A stretch of DNA of 64,000 nt from assembly GCA_040220235.1 (NCBI GenBank), contig JAVJTO010000109.1. The stretch is one strand, 5' to 3'. The notes beneath the pieces are model-generated. The model saw nothing but the letters and a program-made list of their open reading frames with translations, did no database searches and was not told the origin of the DNA. Shown here piece after piece: positions 33,424 to 42,437 of this stretch. Origin of the DNA: Coleofasciculus sp. B1-GNL1-01. GTDB taxonomy: Bacteria; Cyanobacteriota; Cyanobacteriia; Cyanobacteriales; Coleofasciculaceae. A program made the position numbers and the translations under genes. Within the stretch, counting starts at the first letter, position 1. Each line of letters opens with the position of its first letter.

Positions 33424-34824
33424 TTAACTGCTTTCTTTAGCAATAAACAACTGAGATCCTAAATAAATCAGACCCCCCGTTGCCATACCCGGAAGCACCT
33501 CATAAACCACACCCGATAAATCCAGTCCCACCTTCCAGATCAACGCCGCCGCAATCCCCCCGAACATCATCGCGATCGCGACGGGCGTGGTTACCGATTT
33601 TTGCCAAACTCGTAAGATTAATAAAGGTCCCAAACTGGAGGCGAGAACTGACCAGGAAAATGTAATCAAGGCAAAGACATTATCATCTCCGGCTAAGGCA
33701 ATAGTCAAGGTAATTACCGTCACCGTTAAGGTTCCCAACTTGGCATAATTATACGAGTGCGCCAATCCCGGAAACAGGTCTTGAGTTAACGCGGCTGAAC
33801 AGGATAAAATTTGGGAATCCGCTGTCGATATTGTAGCGGCAAAGAGTCCCGCTAGCATCATTCCAACTAAGATAGCGGGCAATAATTCCAGGGCTAAATA
33901 AGGCAGTGCTAATTCTGGATCACCATTGGTTAACAAATCGGGCAAAAGCACCCGCGCCGCCATCCCCACTCCCATCGCTGAAGACGAGGTAAAGAAAGCG
34001 CAAATCACTTTAATATCCCGTGCTAAACCAATCTTATTCGCCGAATTAATTGCCATTGCCCGAACTAAAATATGAGGTTGACCCACGACACCGAATCCGG
34101 CTACAATCCAGCCAATTAAAAAAGGCAAAAATCCCCACTCCAGATCCCCTGGACTTAAACTCACCAATTCTGGGTCAATGGCGGCAAGCTGTGTCCAGAA
34201 TCCAGTCAATCCGCCACAATTGGCAATCGCCACTACTAATAGCAGCAGTAGGGAACCAATCATAATCGTGGCTTGCACCGCATCCGTCCAAATTGAAGCC
34301 CGAATTCCCCCAGAAAAACAGTAAATCATCACTACAATCGCGCCCACAATCACACCGAGGGAATAATTCCAATTAAACACCGCATGAAGTGCCTTACCTC
34401 CAGCAACTAATTGCGCCGCTGCATAAGACCCCAGAAACGCGATAGTAATTAACGCTGAAATTGCCGTAATCCAGCGAATTCCTTTGGTTTCTTGACCCAA
34501 GAAAGAGGACACCGTGTCGGCAGAAATTTCTTCGGAAACTTGTCTAAATCGTTTAAATACAAACCACCAAGCAATATAATCTCCGATCATCCAGCCCAGG
34601 GTTAGCCAAATTGCCGATAATCCAATTGTGTAAGCAAAGCCAACTTGACCGATAAATAGTAAACCACTTTGACCCGTCGCCATCGCCGAAAGGGCAGTTA
34701 GCCAGGGATTAACATTGCGGCTGGCAAGGAGGTAATCGGTTGTCGTCATTTGCTTTTGGGTTGCCGAGTAAATGCCGACGCCAGTAAACAACAAAAGAAA
34801 TACGATAAAGGTAGCTGCAATCAT
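33424..34824 (-). CDS. Sodium:solute symporter (PutP/proline-like)
   Basis: DYLLASR, ALSAMAT, GGIRASIWTD, GQPHILVRAMA, AATISTADSQ; many TM helices. Confidence 0.9.
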   Translation of the reverse strand: MIAATFIVFLLLFTGVGIYSATQKQMTTTDYLLASRNVNPWLTALSAMATGQSGLLFIGQVGFAYTIGLSAIWLTLGWMIGDYIAWWFVFKRFRQVSEEISADTVSSFLGQETKGIRWITAISALITIAFLGSYAAAQLVAGGKALHAVFNWNYSLGVIVGAIVVMIYCFSGGIRASIWTDAVQATIMIGSLLLLLVVAIANCGGLTGFWTQLAAIDPELVSLSPGDLEWGFLPFLIGWIVAGFGVVGQPHILVRAMAINSANKIGLARDIKVICAFFTSSSAMGVGMAARVLLPDLLTNGDPELALPYLALELLPAILVGMMLAGLFAATISTADSQILSCSAALTQDLFPGLAHSYNYAKLGTLTVTVITLTIALAGDDNVFALITFSWSVLASSLGPLLILRVWQKSVTTPVAIAMMFGGIAAALIWKVGLDLSGVVYEVLPGMATGGLIYLGSQLFIAKESS

Positions 34825-35204
34825 TACTGAATTATGAATTAAGGATTAAATCGCTCAACATTGAAAGGCATAATAATAAAGCTAAGCTGTTATGCATTTA
34901 AATTGGGTATTAGTAGCGAGCAAGATGCAAAGCCTGCGGCATGGCTTCGCTAAACGCACTACAAGGATTACGCCATTATTGATATTAAGGTTTAAATGCC
35001 GAACAGCTTAAAACGGTTGAGATTAGAGAACAGGGAACAGGGAACAGTAAGGGTTTGAGGGCGATTTACAAAACTTAATACGGTGCTGCTTTCTTTTCTC
35101 CGACTACTTATGGCATCATAGGCTGTTCCCATAATTTAACCTTTTACTCTCGATTTTATTTATTCTCCCCCAGCTTGCCCAGCTTCCCCAGCTTGCCCAG
35201 CTTT

Positions 35205-36566
35205 TCAATCTCCCCCCAATTCCACCAATTTACCAATATTAAAATCAATCCTAATCCAGCCCTGCATCCGGCGCAGATTATCCAGCAACAATAAAGGAAT
35301 TTGCCAGTGATGTACCATCAAAAACGGTAAGGGATCATTCACCTGAAAAATCGCATCTTTCCCGCCAAACACTGTCTGAAACCAGCGCCGAATATCTCCA
35401 AATGAGCGAATTTCATTCAACCGCCAAACTTCATGATATAACCAATAAGTTGGCTTACTTTCCGGCAAGGGCTGCAAGGGTTCAGGTAAAGGTGTGTCAC
35501 TCAAATACGCCTCTGCTACTCCAGGATGGTTATAAAACATAGTAATCGCCGAATGCGTGCGCGGATTACACTCGATCGCGTAAACCGTCCCATCCTCTGC
35601 CTTGATAAAATCAAAGGAGGCTTGTCCCGTCAGATTCAATCCCTGGACAAACCGACTCACCCACTGCAAAATATCCGGCTGATCAACGTTTTCATAATTT
35701 ACTTGAAACGCCGACGATTCACAGCAACAGTGCAGTCGTAATTCCCCATTCCGCACCGTACTATGAGTACAGTATTCCTTACCTGGAATAAACTCTTGCA
35801 TAATCCAGGGTTTCTCCTTACTGATGGGCAAACTATTGACAAATGCAGCCGTTTCTGATGGAGTTTCGCAGGGGAGTTTAGTTAAGTTTAAACGCCGCAC
35901 CGAGTCGTAAGGAATACTCTTCAGGATGTACTTGCGTTTCTCTTGGGAAAAGTCAAAATCAATCACCTGTTGCGGATCAGTAATTTTGAAGGATTTGGGT
36001 ACAGATAAGCCAAATTCTCGTGCTTTTTGGGCAAAGGCAAACTTATCATCCAGCAGTTGGGTGACATCTGGATCAAAGTGGAAGACTTCACAACACCCCG
36101 ATAATATCGGTTTGGCTAGAGAGTCATAATAACTGGCGACGGGACTACAGACGGGAACATAAACATCCACATTTTCCTGTTTCGCGATCGCGAGTAAGGC
36201 TTGAATGTAACCATCGGGATCTTTGTTGGGGGCGGGAACCGTATAAAACCGATCAACCGCCCGCGAAAATCGATGTCCCACCAACCAATATTTATGAGTT
36301 TCCACTAAAATAACCCGATGTCCATCGGCGTAAAATGACCGCGCCAGTTGCAAGGATTTGGTCATTTTCCCCCCGGTAAGCATAATCGTTTTCGGATTGG
36401 GGTTAGCGACTTTGGGTTTCTGGAAGGGGCGAGTGAGACTATCCCACACCAGCGCCACGATGACAACGGTTAAATTAAATGGAAACGCGATCGCGAGTAA
36501 GGTTAATGTCCCCAGGTTTTGCAGTATGGCGATAAGATGCGCTTTTAGGCTTTGGGATTGCTCCAT
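35205..36566 (-). CDS. mysC: ATP-grasp mycosporine-glycine ligase MysC
   Basis: GGKMTKSLQLARSF, YILKSIPYDSVRR, WIMQEFIPG, IECNPRTHSA, IDFNIGKLVELGGD. Confidence 0.93.
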   Translation of the reverse strand: MEQSQSLKAHLIAILQNLGTLTLLAIAFPFNLTVVIVALVWDSLTRPFQKPKVANPNPKTIMLTGGKMTKSLQLARSFYADGHRVILVETHKYWLVGHRFSRAVDRFYTVPAPNKDPDGYIQALLAIAKQENVDVYVPVCSPVASYYDSLAKPILSGCCEVFHFDPDVTQLLDDKFAFAQKAREFGLSVPKSFKITDPQQVIDFDFSQEKRKYILKSIPYDSVRRLNLTKLPCETPSETAAFVNSLPISKEKPWIMQEFIPGKEYCTHSTVRNGELRLHCCCESSAFQVNYENVDQPDILQWVSRFVQGLNLTGQASFDFIKAEDGTVYAIECNPRTHSAITMFYNHPGVAEAYLSDTPLPEPLQPLPESKPTYWLYHEVWRLNEIRSFGDIRRWFQTVFGGKDAIFQVNDPLPFLMVHHWQIPLLLLDNLRRMQGWIRIDFNIGKLVELGGD

Positions 36567-36741
36567 AGTATTTACCTGAAGTAATCATAATGAACCCGTT
36601 TTAACGGGTTTTAGCTTTTAGCCCGTACTTTAGTTCAGGGCTTTAGTCGATGCATTCATGTTGAGTCGGGGCGGGTTTAGTTACATTTTGGTGAGGTAAG
36701 AAAAGATAGTTGTGAAACCCGCCCCTACCGATTGTTAAGGT

Positions 36742-37569
36742 TTAAACCCGTCGAATTAGGGTCAAACCATCACGCAAAGGTAAGACAACCTGTTCCACCC
36801 TGGAATCATCCGTAACCACCTGATTAAATTTGGCGATCGCGTCTCCATTGGGTGTCCGTTCTTCGGGTGCTAAATAAACTTGTCCTTGCAGTAAGGTATT
36901 ATCGACACAAATTAACCCGTCTGGTGCTAATAATTGAGTATCGAGGAGCGTATGATAATAATCCACATACTCCTGCTTATCCGCATCAATAAATACCAAG
37001 TCAAACGACTCTCCCGCTTTCGCTAATTGACGCAGTGTCTCCAAAGCTGGGGCAACTTTTACGGTAATTTTGCCACCATGCGGTGAGGCTTGAAAACAGG
37101 TTTGGGCAAAACTTGCCACATACTCATCCACCTCACAAGCAATCACTGATCCATCATCGGGTAATCCTTCCGCCATGGCTAAAGCAGAATAGCCTGTGAA
37201 CATCCCAATTTCTAGCACCCGTTTCGCCCCAGTCATCTTGACAAACATCTTCAAGGTTTGTCCCTCAATATGTCCCGATAACATCTCCTGTTCTAACTGG
37301 CGTACTGTCTCGCCATCGGAGAAGAGTTTACTCCAGTCTTCAGTGCAGGTTTTCTCAACTAAGGCGGTTAAAGCGGGAGAATCGGGGGTGGTATTTTGAT
37401 TCAGGTACGGTTCAAGTTTAGCCGCGAGTTGATAGGCTTTTTTTAGAGAACTTGCCAGTTGTGGATTTTGTGCCTCATCGACTAATTCCAGGGTTCGTTC
37501 TAGTTGTTCGACTAGAATTCCTAGGGGAGTCACGGGTCGCGCGATCGTTTCTTTTGTTACAGTTTGCAT
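36742..37569 (-). CDS. mysB: SAM-dependent O-methyltransferase MysB
   Basis: ARPVTPLGIL, EMLSGHIEGQ, LEIGMFTGYS, FIDADK. Confidence 0.93.
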   Translation of the reverse strand: MQTVTKETIARPVTPLGILVEQLERTLELVDEAQNPQLASSLKKAYQLAAKLEPYLNQNTTPDSPALTALVEKTCTEDWSKLFSDGETVRQLEQEMLSGHIEGQTLKMFVKMTGAKRVLEIGMFTGYSALAMAEGLPDDGSVIACEVDEYVASFAQTCFQASPHGGKITVKVAPALETLRQLAKAGESFDLVFIDADKQEYVDYYHTLLDTQLLAPDGLICVDNTLLQGQVYLAPEERTPNGDAIAKFNQVVTDDSRVEQVVLPLRDGLTLIRRV

Positions 37570-37666
37570 GATTTTTTTCCTTACTTAATGGTGTGGCAAT
37601 TTGTACCAAACGTTGCATGGTAGAGACGTTGCATGCAACGTCTCTACAGGGGTTGAAGGGATAGAA

Positions 37667-39028
37667 TTATTCCAAACCCAAATCCTTGAGATACATTTCT
37701 ACGCCAGCACCACCATCCGGTAACGTTGCACAAACGGCTTTATGATCCTCGACTGCTGCTTCCAGTAAATCCGCTGGTACTTCTTGTGCATAATCACAAG
37801 TACCGATACCACAAGGTAAAGGTGCCCACAGTCCCCCATCTCCCCGTTTGCGCCGCATATTTTGCTGACCCGCAATCATCAGATCAATGTCTTCTAAGAT
37901 GGGATGATAGACACTCAACCCTAAAGAACGAATCAGTGCAATAATGCGATCGCGTTCTGTGGGTTGCAACCAGCCTAATTTCGTCGCTAACGTTGCGCCA
38001 TACGCCATTCCTGTCGATACCGCATGACCATGCATTAACTTAGCGGCGGGTTCATAACGGGGACTCCAGGTGTGACCATAAGCATGAGGGCGATCCTGAT
38101 ACGTCTCGAACATATTCGTTCCCTCATATTTCATATAGGAGAATAATGCCCGATAAACCACTTCATCAGCAACCTTGGCTAATTCCTGATCGTTCCCTAA
38201 CGTCGCGAAGTGAGTTTCTACCAAGCGCGAACCATACTCTTCCAGCAGTTCAAACAAAACCTTGTCATCCGTCACCGCCATTTTAATAATTTCCGCCATC
38301 CCATTCCGGATATGACCCGTGGCGAGGCTGCGGAAAAAGGTGCGATCGACCAAGGTTAACACAGGCGGATGATACGCCCCGATACTATTCTTAAATTGTT
38401 TGCCATTGGTACAAGTACGCGGACTCGGACCGGCGTCAATCGCGGCGACTACCGTTGTCCCCACCATAATATAAGGCGTGCGGCGGTGTTGTAAGGCACA
38501 AGCTAATCCCGCCACATCACTGAGAACCCCCCCACCAATCACTAATACGGGTTCATTGCGAGAGACATCACAGCCGTCTTTTCCCAGGAATTCCAGCAGA
38601 CGATGGACGGTTTCTGGGGTTTTATCCGCTTCCCAAGCGCGACAAACATTCATCTGTAGGGGGATTTCGTGGGTGTCAAAATAATGACGCACCGATTCCC
38701 CATATAAACGATCTACCGTTTGGTCAATGATGGCGACACAGCGACCCCGACTATTATAGATTTCCGCTAGGGTTGGGTTAGAGGGGTCGAAGACACCCTG
38801 AATTAACTTGACTTGCGCTTTTAGGGTAAAAGTTGCAGTGACTTCAAACGAGCGACTATCATTCCCCGGAACGATTTCTCCCGACCCGGTATACCATTCC
38901 GAGGTGCGATACTTCGCTCCATGTTCGACTCCAATATTGTTAGCGTCTGGACTGGAAAAAGAGTCAATTAAATCTTCCCGAATCGTTTCAGTCCGTTCGG
39001 TTTGAGGAAAGGTTGTTTGTGGAGTCAT
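37667..39028 (-). CDS. mysA: Sedoheptulose-7-phosphate cyclase (demethyl-4-deoxygadusol synthase, MysA), divergent type
   Basis: DHQS-like fold motifs GGGVLSDVAG, IDAG, MAEIIK, AYGHTWSP, HGHAV; first gene of the mys operon. Confidence 0.88.
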   Translation of the reverse strand: MTPQTTFPQTERTETIREDLIDSFSSPDANNIGVEHGAKYRTSEWYTGSGEIVPGNDSRSFEVTATFTLKAQVKLIQGVFDPSNPTLAEIYNSRGRCVAIIDQTVDRLYGESVRHYFDTHEIPLQMNVCRAWEADKTPETVHRLLEFLGKDGCDVSRNEPVLVIGGGVLSDVAGLACALQHRRTPYIMVGTTVVAAIDAGPSPRTCTNGKQFKNSIGAYHPPVLTLVDRTFFRSLATGHIRNGMAEIIKMAVTDDKVLFELLEEYGSRLVETHFATLGNDQELAKVADEVVYRALFSYMKYEGTNMFETYQDRPHAYGHTWSPRYEPAAKLMHGHAVSTGMAYGATLATKLGWLQPTERDRIIALIRSLGLSVYHPILEDIDLMIAGQQNMRRKRGDGGLWAPLPCGIGTCDYAQEVPADLLEAAVEDHKAVCATLPDGGAGVEMYLKDLGLE

Positions 39029-40296
39029 TGTCGTTGGGTTTCTCCTGTACTTATGACATGAAAGGGTGTTGTAGCGTTCTGAAATTATTGGCAGCGAAAA
39101 TTAACCCGATGCCAGGGGAAACACTGTTGTAAAAATTGGCAAGTCATACCAGAGAAGCCGCGTAGACCAGCATTGAATGGCACTGATTTAAGGGAGTAAG
39201 CACAAAGCGATTCTAGAGCGCTCACAGGCTTACCTACAAACACTTAATTCAGCACTATTCTGTTTAGGGCTTCTCTCAAATTGACCCAAAACACAGGATT
39301 TCTGGTTGATTCAATTATTCTCAACCAAGTAAGTCATCAGGGGTTATCCTGATTGACGATGTTTTTCCAATGGTGGTATTGAATTTTGGAAAAAAGGACA
39401 GAAAACCAATATCTAAATTGCTAACCTGAAAGCCCTAGCGCCATGGGAGTACAATAAGTAGACAACTCACTTTGACTCCCTTGCCAGATAATCTGGACAA
39501 GCAGCTCTAGTCTTCCATTAGCGGGTTTTGGGTTAAATACTTTTTGTCAAAATGCCCGTTGGCAAAACGGTGAACCAATTGATTTTGTCAAAGGGTCTTA
39601 CTTACAAAGCAAACTTGGCTTACCACCGATCTTACGCCTCACTAGCGCCGTTGTTGCCAACCAATAGTCTGTTTGATCGGTAGGCTTCCATTTTAAATTA
39701 CACCCGTGATTAATTTGCTGATCAGGGTTCAGCGGTTTGGTGGTATGATCCATCTTTATTACTATCCTAAATTTTTCATCAATCATGAGTGTGTTAATGA
39801 TGAATTCACCAATAATCAATCTGCCCATTCAGACAAAACAGTTTGGCTAAAGGAAATTATCTCTGACCAGAAACAATTTTCGGCAGGTAAAGGAGGTCGC
39901 CCTCGTTTCAAGATTTAATACACGTTTGCTAGTTTAACGCTTTACGTTTCTTACTCTTTCTGTTATTGCATAAGTTTATCGTTTAATAAAAATCAATAAA
40001 TAAACCTTATTAGATGGATGTGGAAAAAATATAGCAACCGCCATAGCGGTTAGGACACATCATTTATGTAGAGACGTTGCATGCAACGTCTCTACAATGA
40101 TGCCGAAAGTCCTAATCGATGTGTCTACTGCTATAAATTAAGTCATATTTGTCAATAAGTAAAAATACTGATGATGCCCCAAACGGGACATTAATCAATA
40201 GGAAAATGACTGTCAATAATTGATTATTTCCTTTCAGGTTCTTAGCCTGTAGCGGTTGATTGATAAAAATTGAGTAATAAAAGATCACAGGGTTGA

Positions 40297-41199
40297 TCAG
40301 CGCGATCGCTCTTCCAGCCAATAGTCCAAATCTGCCAAACTGTTAAAGTCTAAAAAATCTTCTCCTAAACGTTCCAACTCTTCAATCGATAACGCTTCAA
40401 TTTGGCTAGTTATCGCGATATTAATCTCACCAAAACGCTTTTTGAGTTGACGCCGGATTAACGCGATCGCTTCCATGAGTTTTCCTTCTTCTTTGGCATA
40501 AGTTATCCGCCCTTTCTCATCTTGTAACATTATCCCTCGGCGATCCACCACGTCTAACTCTTCTACCGTCATTTTGGCTTGGTTGGCAATATTTAAAGCC
40601 AGTTCTATCTCACGAACTTCTCCTAGATTATCGGGTATGGCATCCAAGGTGGCAGCTTCTTTAATAAAATAAATCCATTTATCGCTTAAACTCTTTAATT
40701 CTGACAGGGTTTTACTAAATTTCGGCAATTCTATAAAAATGAGTTGCAATTCGGTATCGGGATAGGCAATTTTTTTCGTTTTTTCCTGAAAGATAAATTG
40801 ATTGATTACATCAGGAGTCTGGTTAAACAGGATAAAATCGGTGATAGTGACAGCAATCACCGGGGTAAGACTGAGATAGTCTTCGCCGATACCTAACTGA
40901 TTGGTGTAAGCCTTGCTTAAATTATAAACAACTCGTTTACTAAAAGCACTCACCCGCGCTATTTGCATTTCAATAACGACAATAGACCCATCATACAAAA
41001 CCGCTTTTACATCTAAATACGTGTCTTTTAAGGTCATTGCCTGACCCGGATTATAGGGATTGATAATTGTCAAGGATTGAATAATCTTCTCGCCTCCATA
41101 AATTACCGCATTGAGAAAACTGATTAAAATATCCTTACTTTGTTCAGAACCAAATATTTTTTTAAAGGCATAATCGACCTTGGGACTGATAAATTTCAT
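40297..41199 (-). CDS. Rpn-family PD-(D/E)XK nuclease with DUF4351-like C-terminal domain
   Basis: DYAFKKIFGS, LDVKA, IEMQ, FIELPKF, DKWIYF; C-terminal RQLKKRFG..LSIEELERLGEDFLDF. Confidence 0.9.
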   Translation of the reverse strand: MKFISPKVDYAFKKIFGSEQSKDILISFLNAVIYGGEKIIQSLTIINPYNPGQAMTLKDTYLDVKAVLYDGSIVVIEMQIARVSAFSKRVVYNLSKAYTNQLGIGEDYLSLTPVIAVTITDFILFNQTPDVINQFIFQEKTKKIAYPDTELQLIFIELPKFSKTLSELKSLSDKWIYFIKEAATLDAIPDNLGEVREIELALNIANQAKMTVEELDVVDRRGIMLQDEKGRITYAKEEGKLMEAIALIRRQLKKRFGEINIAITSQIEALSIEELERLGEDFLDFNSLADLDYWLEERSR

Positions 41200-41446
41200 A
41201 CTTCCCCTCTTTAAGCCTAAATATATTTAAGATGGTTAAATTTTACCACAAAGACAACCCTACTTTTCACGGTATGTGGCACAGAGAATGCAGGTAATTC
41301 GTCATTCGTCATACTCGCTTCGTGAGAAGCAAGCAACACGCCCTATCAACCAAGCATTCAATCCCATCCTGTCATTCTGAACGCAGCGAAGCGGAGTGAA
41401 GAATCCCTCTAAATGTTGAGGCTAATCCTAATTTATGTCCAGGTAC

Positions 41447-42118
41447 TTACTGTTCCCACTCTACTGGAACAACTTTTAACTCCTGTTCGTTGTATGCGCT
41501 AAGACAAGCCCGTATCTGTCCGTTTGACTGGATTATGCCTCTGATGTGATACTTGTAACCGTCTCCGTATTCTATTCGCGCTATCTCCACGGCTTTAGCT
41601 TCAATTGCACTATCTGGTTTCAAGTAGAAGAACTTGATGCTCAAAGGTACTGCTACAAGCACTATCCCTAGGATGAATGCAAGCTTTAGAGGGGGAGCAG
41701 AATAAGAATGATCCGATCGAACCAATGCTGACACGATAGGTGCAGCACGCAGTTGGGTGTAGACCCAGAAAGCAACAGCGATCGCCATAATCTGAACTAG
41801 GGTTGGCATAAAATTGCCCACTGGATCAACGCGAAATGCAATTCCCCATAAGTCTGTCGGAAACAAAAAAGGAAGCTGTATCAGATTGCTGGCAAAGTAA
41901 GCGAGAATTAAGGCAGCAAACCATGTAACTAGGGGAACGATTTGCAGATTTCCCCGAAGGAACAACACACCCAATACCACTAAGATTGCAGATCCAGATG
42001 ATGAAGGTATGGGATTCGGATTTGATGACAATATGCACTGCGGATCATCAAGCGTAGACCACAAATAGGCGAACTCGAGAATCCCAACAGCGATCAGCAC
42101 AATACCTACCCGCGTCAA
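41447..42118 (-). CDS. Hypothetical integral membrane protein
   Basis: About five hydrophobic segments and a soluble C-terminus; TTG start abutting a heptamer repeat. Confidence 0.7.
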   Translation of the reverse strand: MTRVGIVLIAVGILEFAYLWSTLDDPQCILSSNPNPIPSSSGSAILVVLGVLFLRGNLQIVPLVTWFAALILAYFASNLIQLPFLFPTDLWGIAFRVDPVGNFMPTLVQIMAIAVAFWVYTQLRAAPIVSALVRSDHSYSAPPLKLAFILGIVLVAVPLSIKFFYLKPDSAIEAKAVEIARIEYGDGYKYHIRGIIQSNGQIRACLSAYNEQELKVVPVEWEQ

Positions 42119-42177
42119 AATTTGTCATTTGTCATTTGTCATTTGTCATTTGTTGAAGATGACTTGCACTCTAATCA

Positions 42178-42235
42178 GGGCGGGTTTAGTGATATCAGGG
42201 TGAAAACTAAACGTTAATAGTAAAACCCGCCCCTA
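42178..42235. repeat. REPIN-like element GGGCGGGTTT...AAACCCGCCCCTAC (also 36668-36728, 45928-45989, partial 8130-8172)
   Basis: Conserved inverted arms; 42178 and 45928 also share the interior and the upstream heptamer run. Confidence 0.8.
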
Positions 42236-42437
42236 CACACAGGGCGGGTTTTGCTGACAAGCTAGTACAAGAAGGCAGAAGTCCGAAGGCAGATGGCAGA
42301 AGGCTATAAGGCTCATGGTAGCTGCTTTTAAGGAGCTTGTTAACTGATTAGTTATTTCTGCCACGCTGCACTAGGAAGAATAACCAATATTAGTCCGTCG
42401 CCCCCTCACTCCATCTCCCCATCTCCCTTAACTCTCT

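Noticed and set aside
37667..39028. aroB (3-dehydroquinate synthase)
   Set aside because: Linkage to the O-methyltransferase and ATP-grasp genes, plus the GHTWSP motif, indicates the MAA cyclase.
39598..40321. Short ORFs upstream of mysA
   Set aside because: Overlapping on opposite strands with no RBS or motif; one spans AT-rich spacer DNA.
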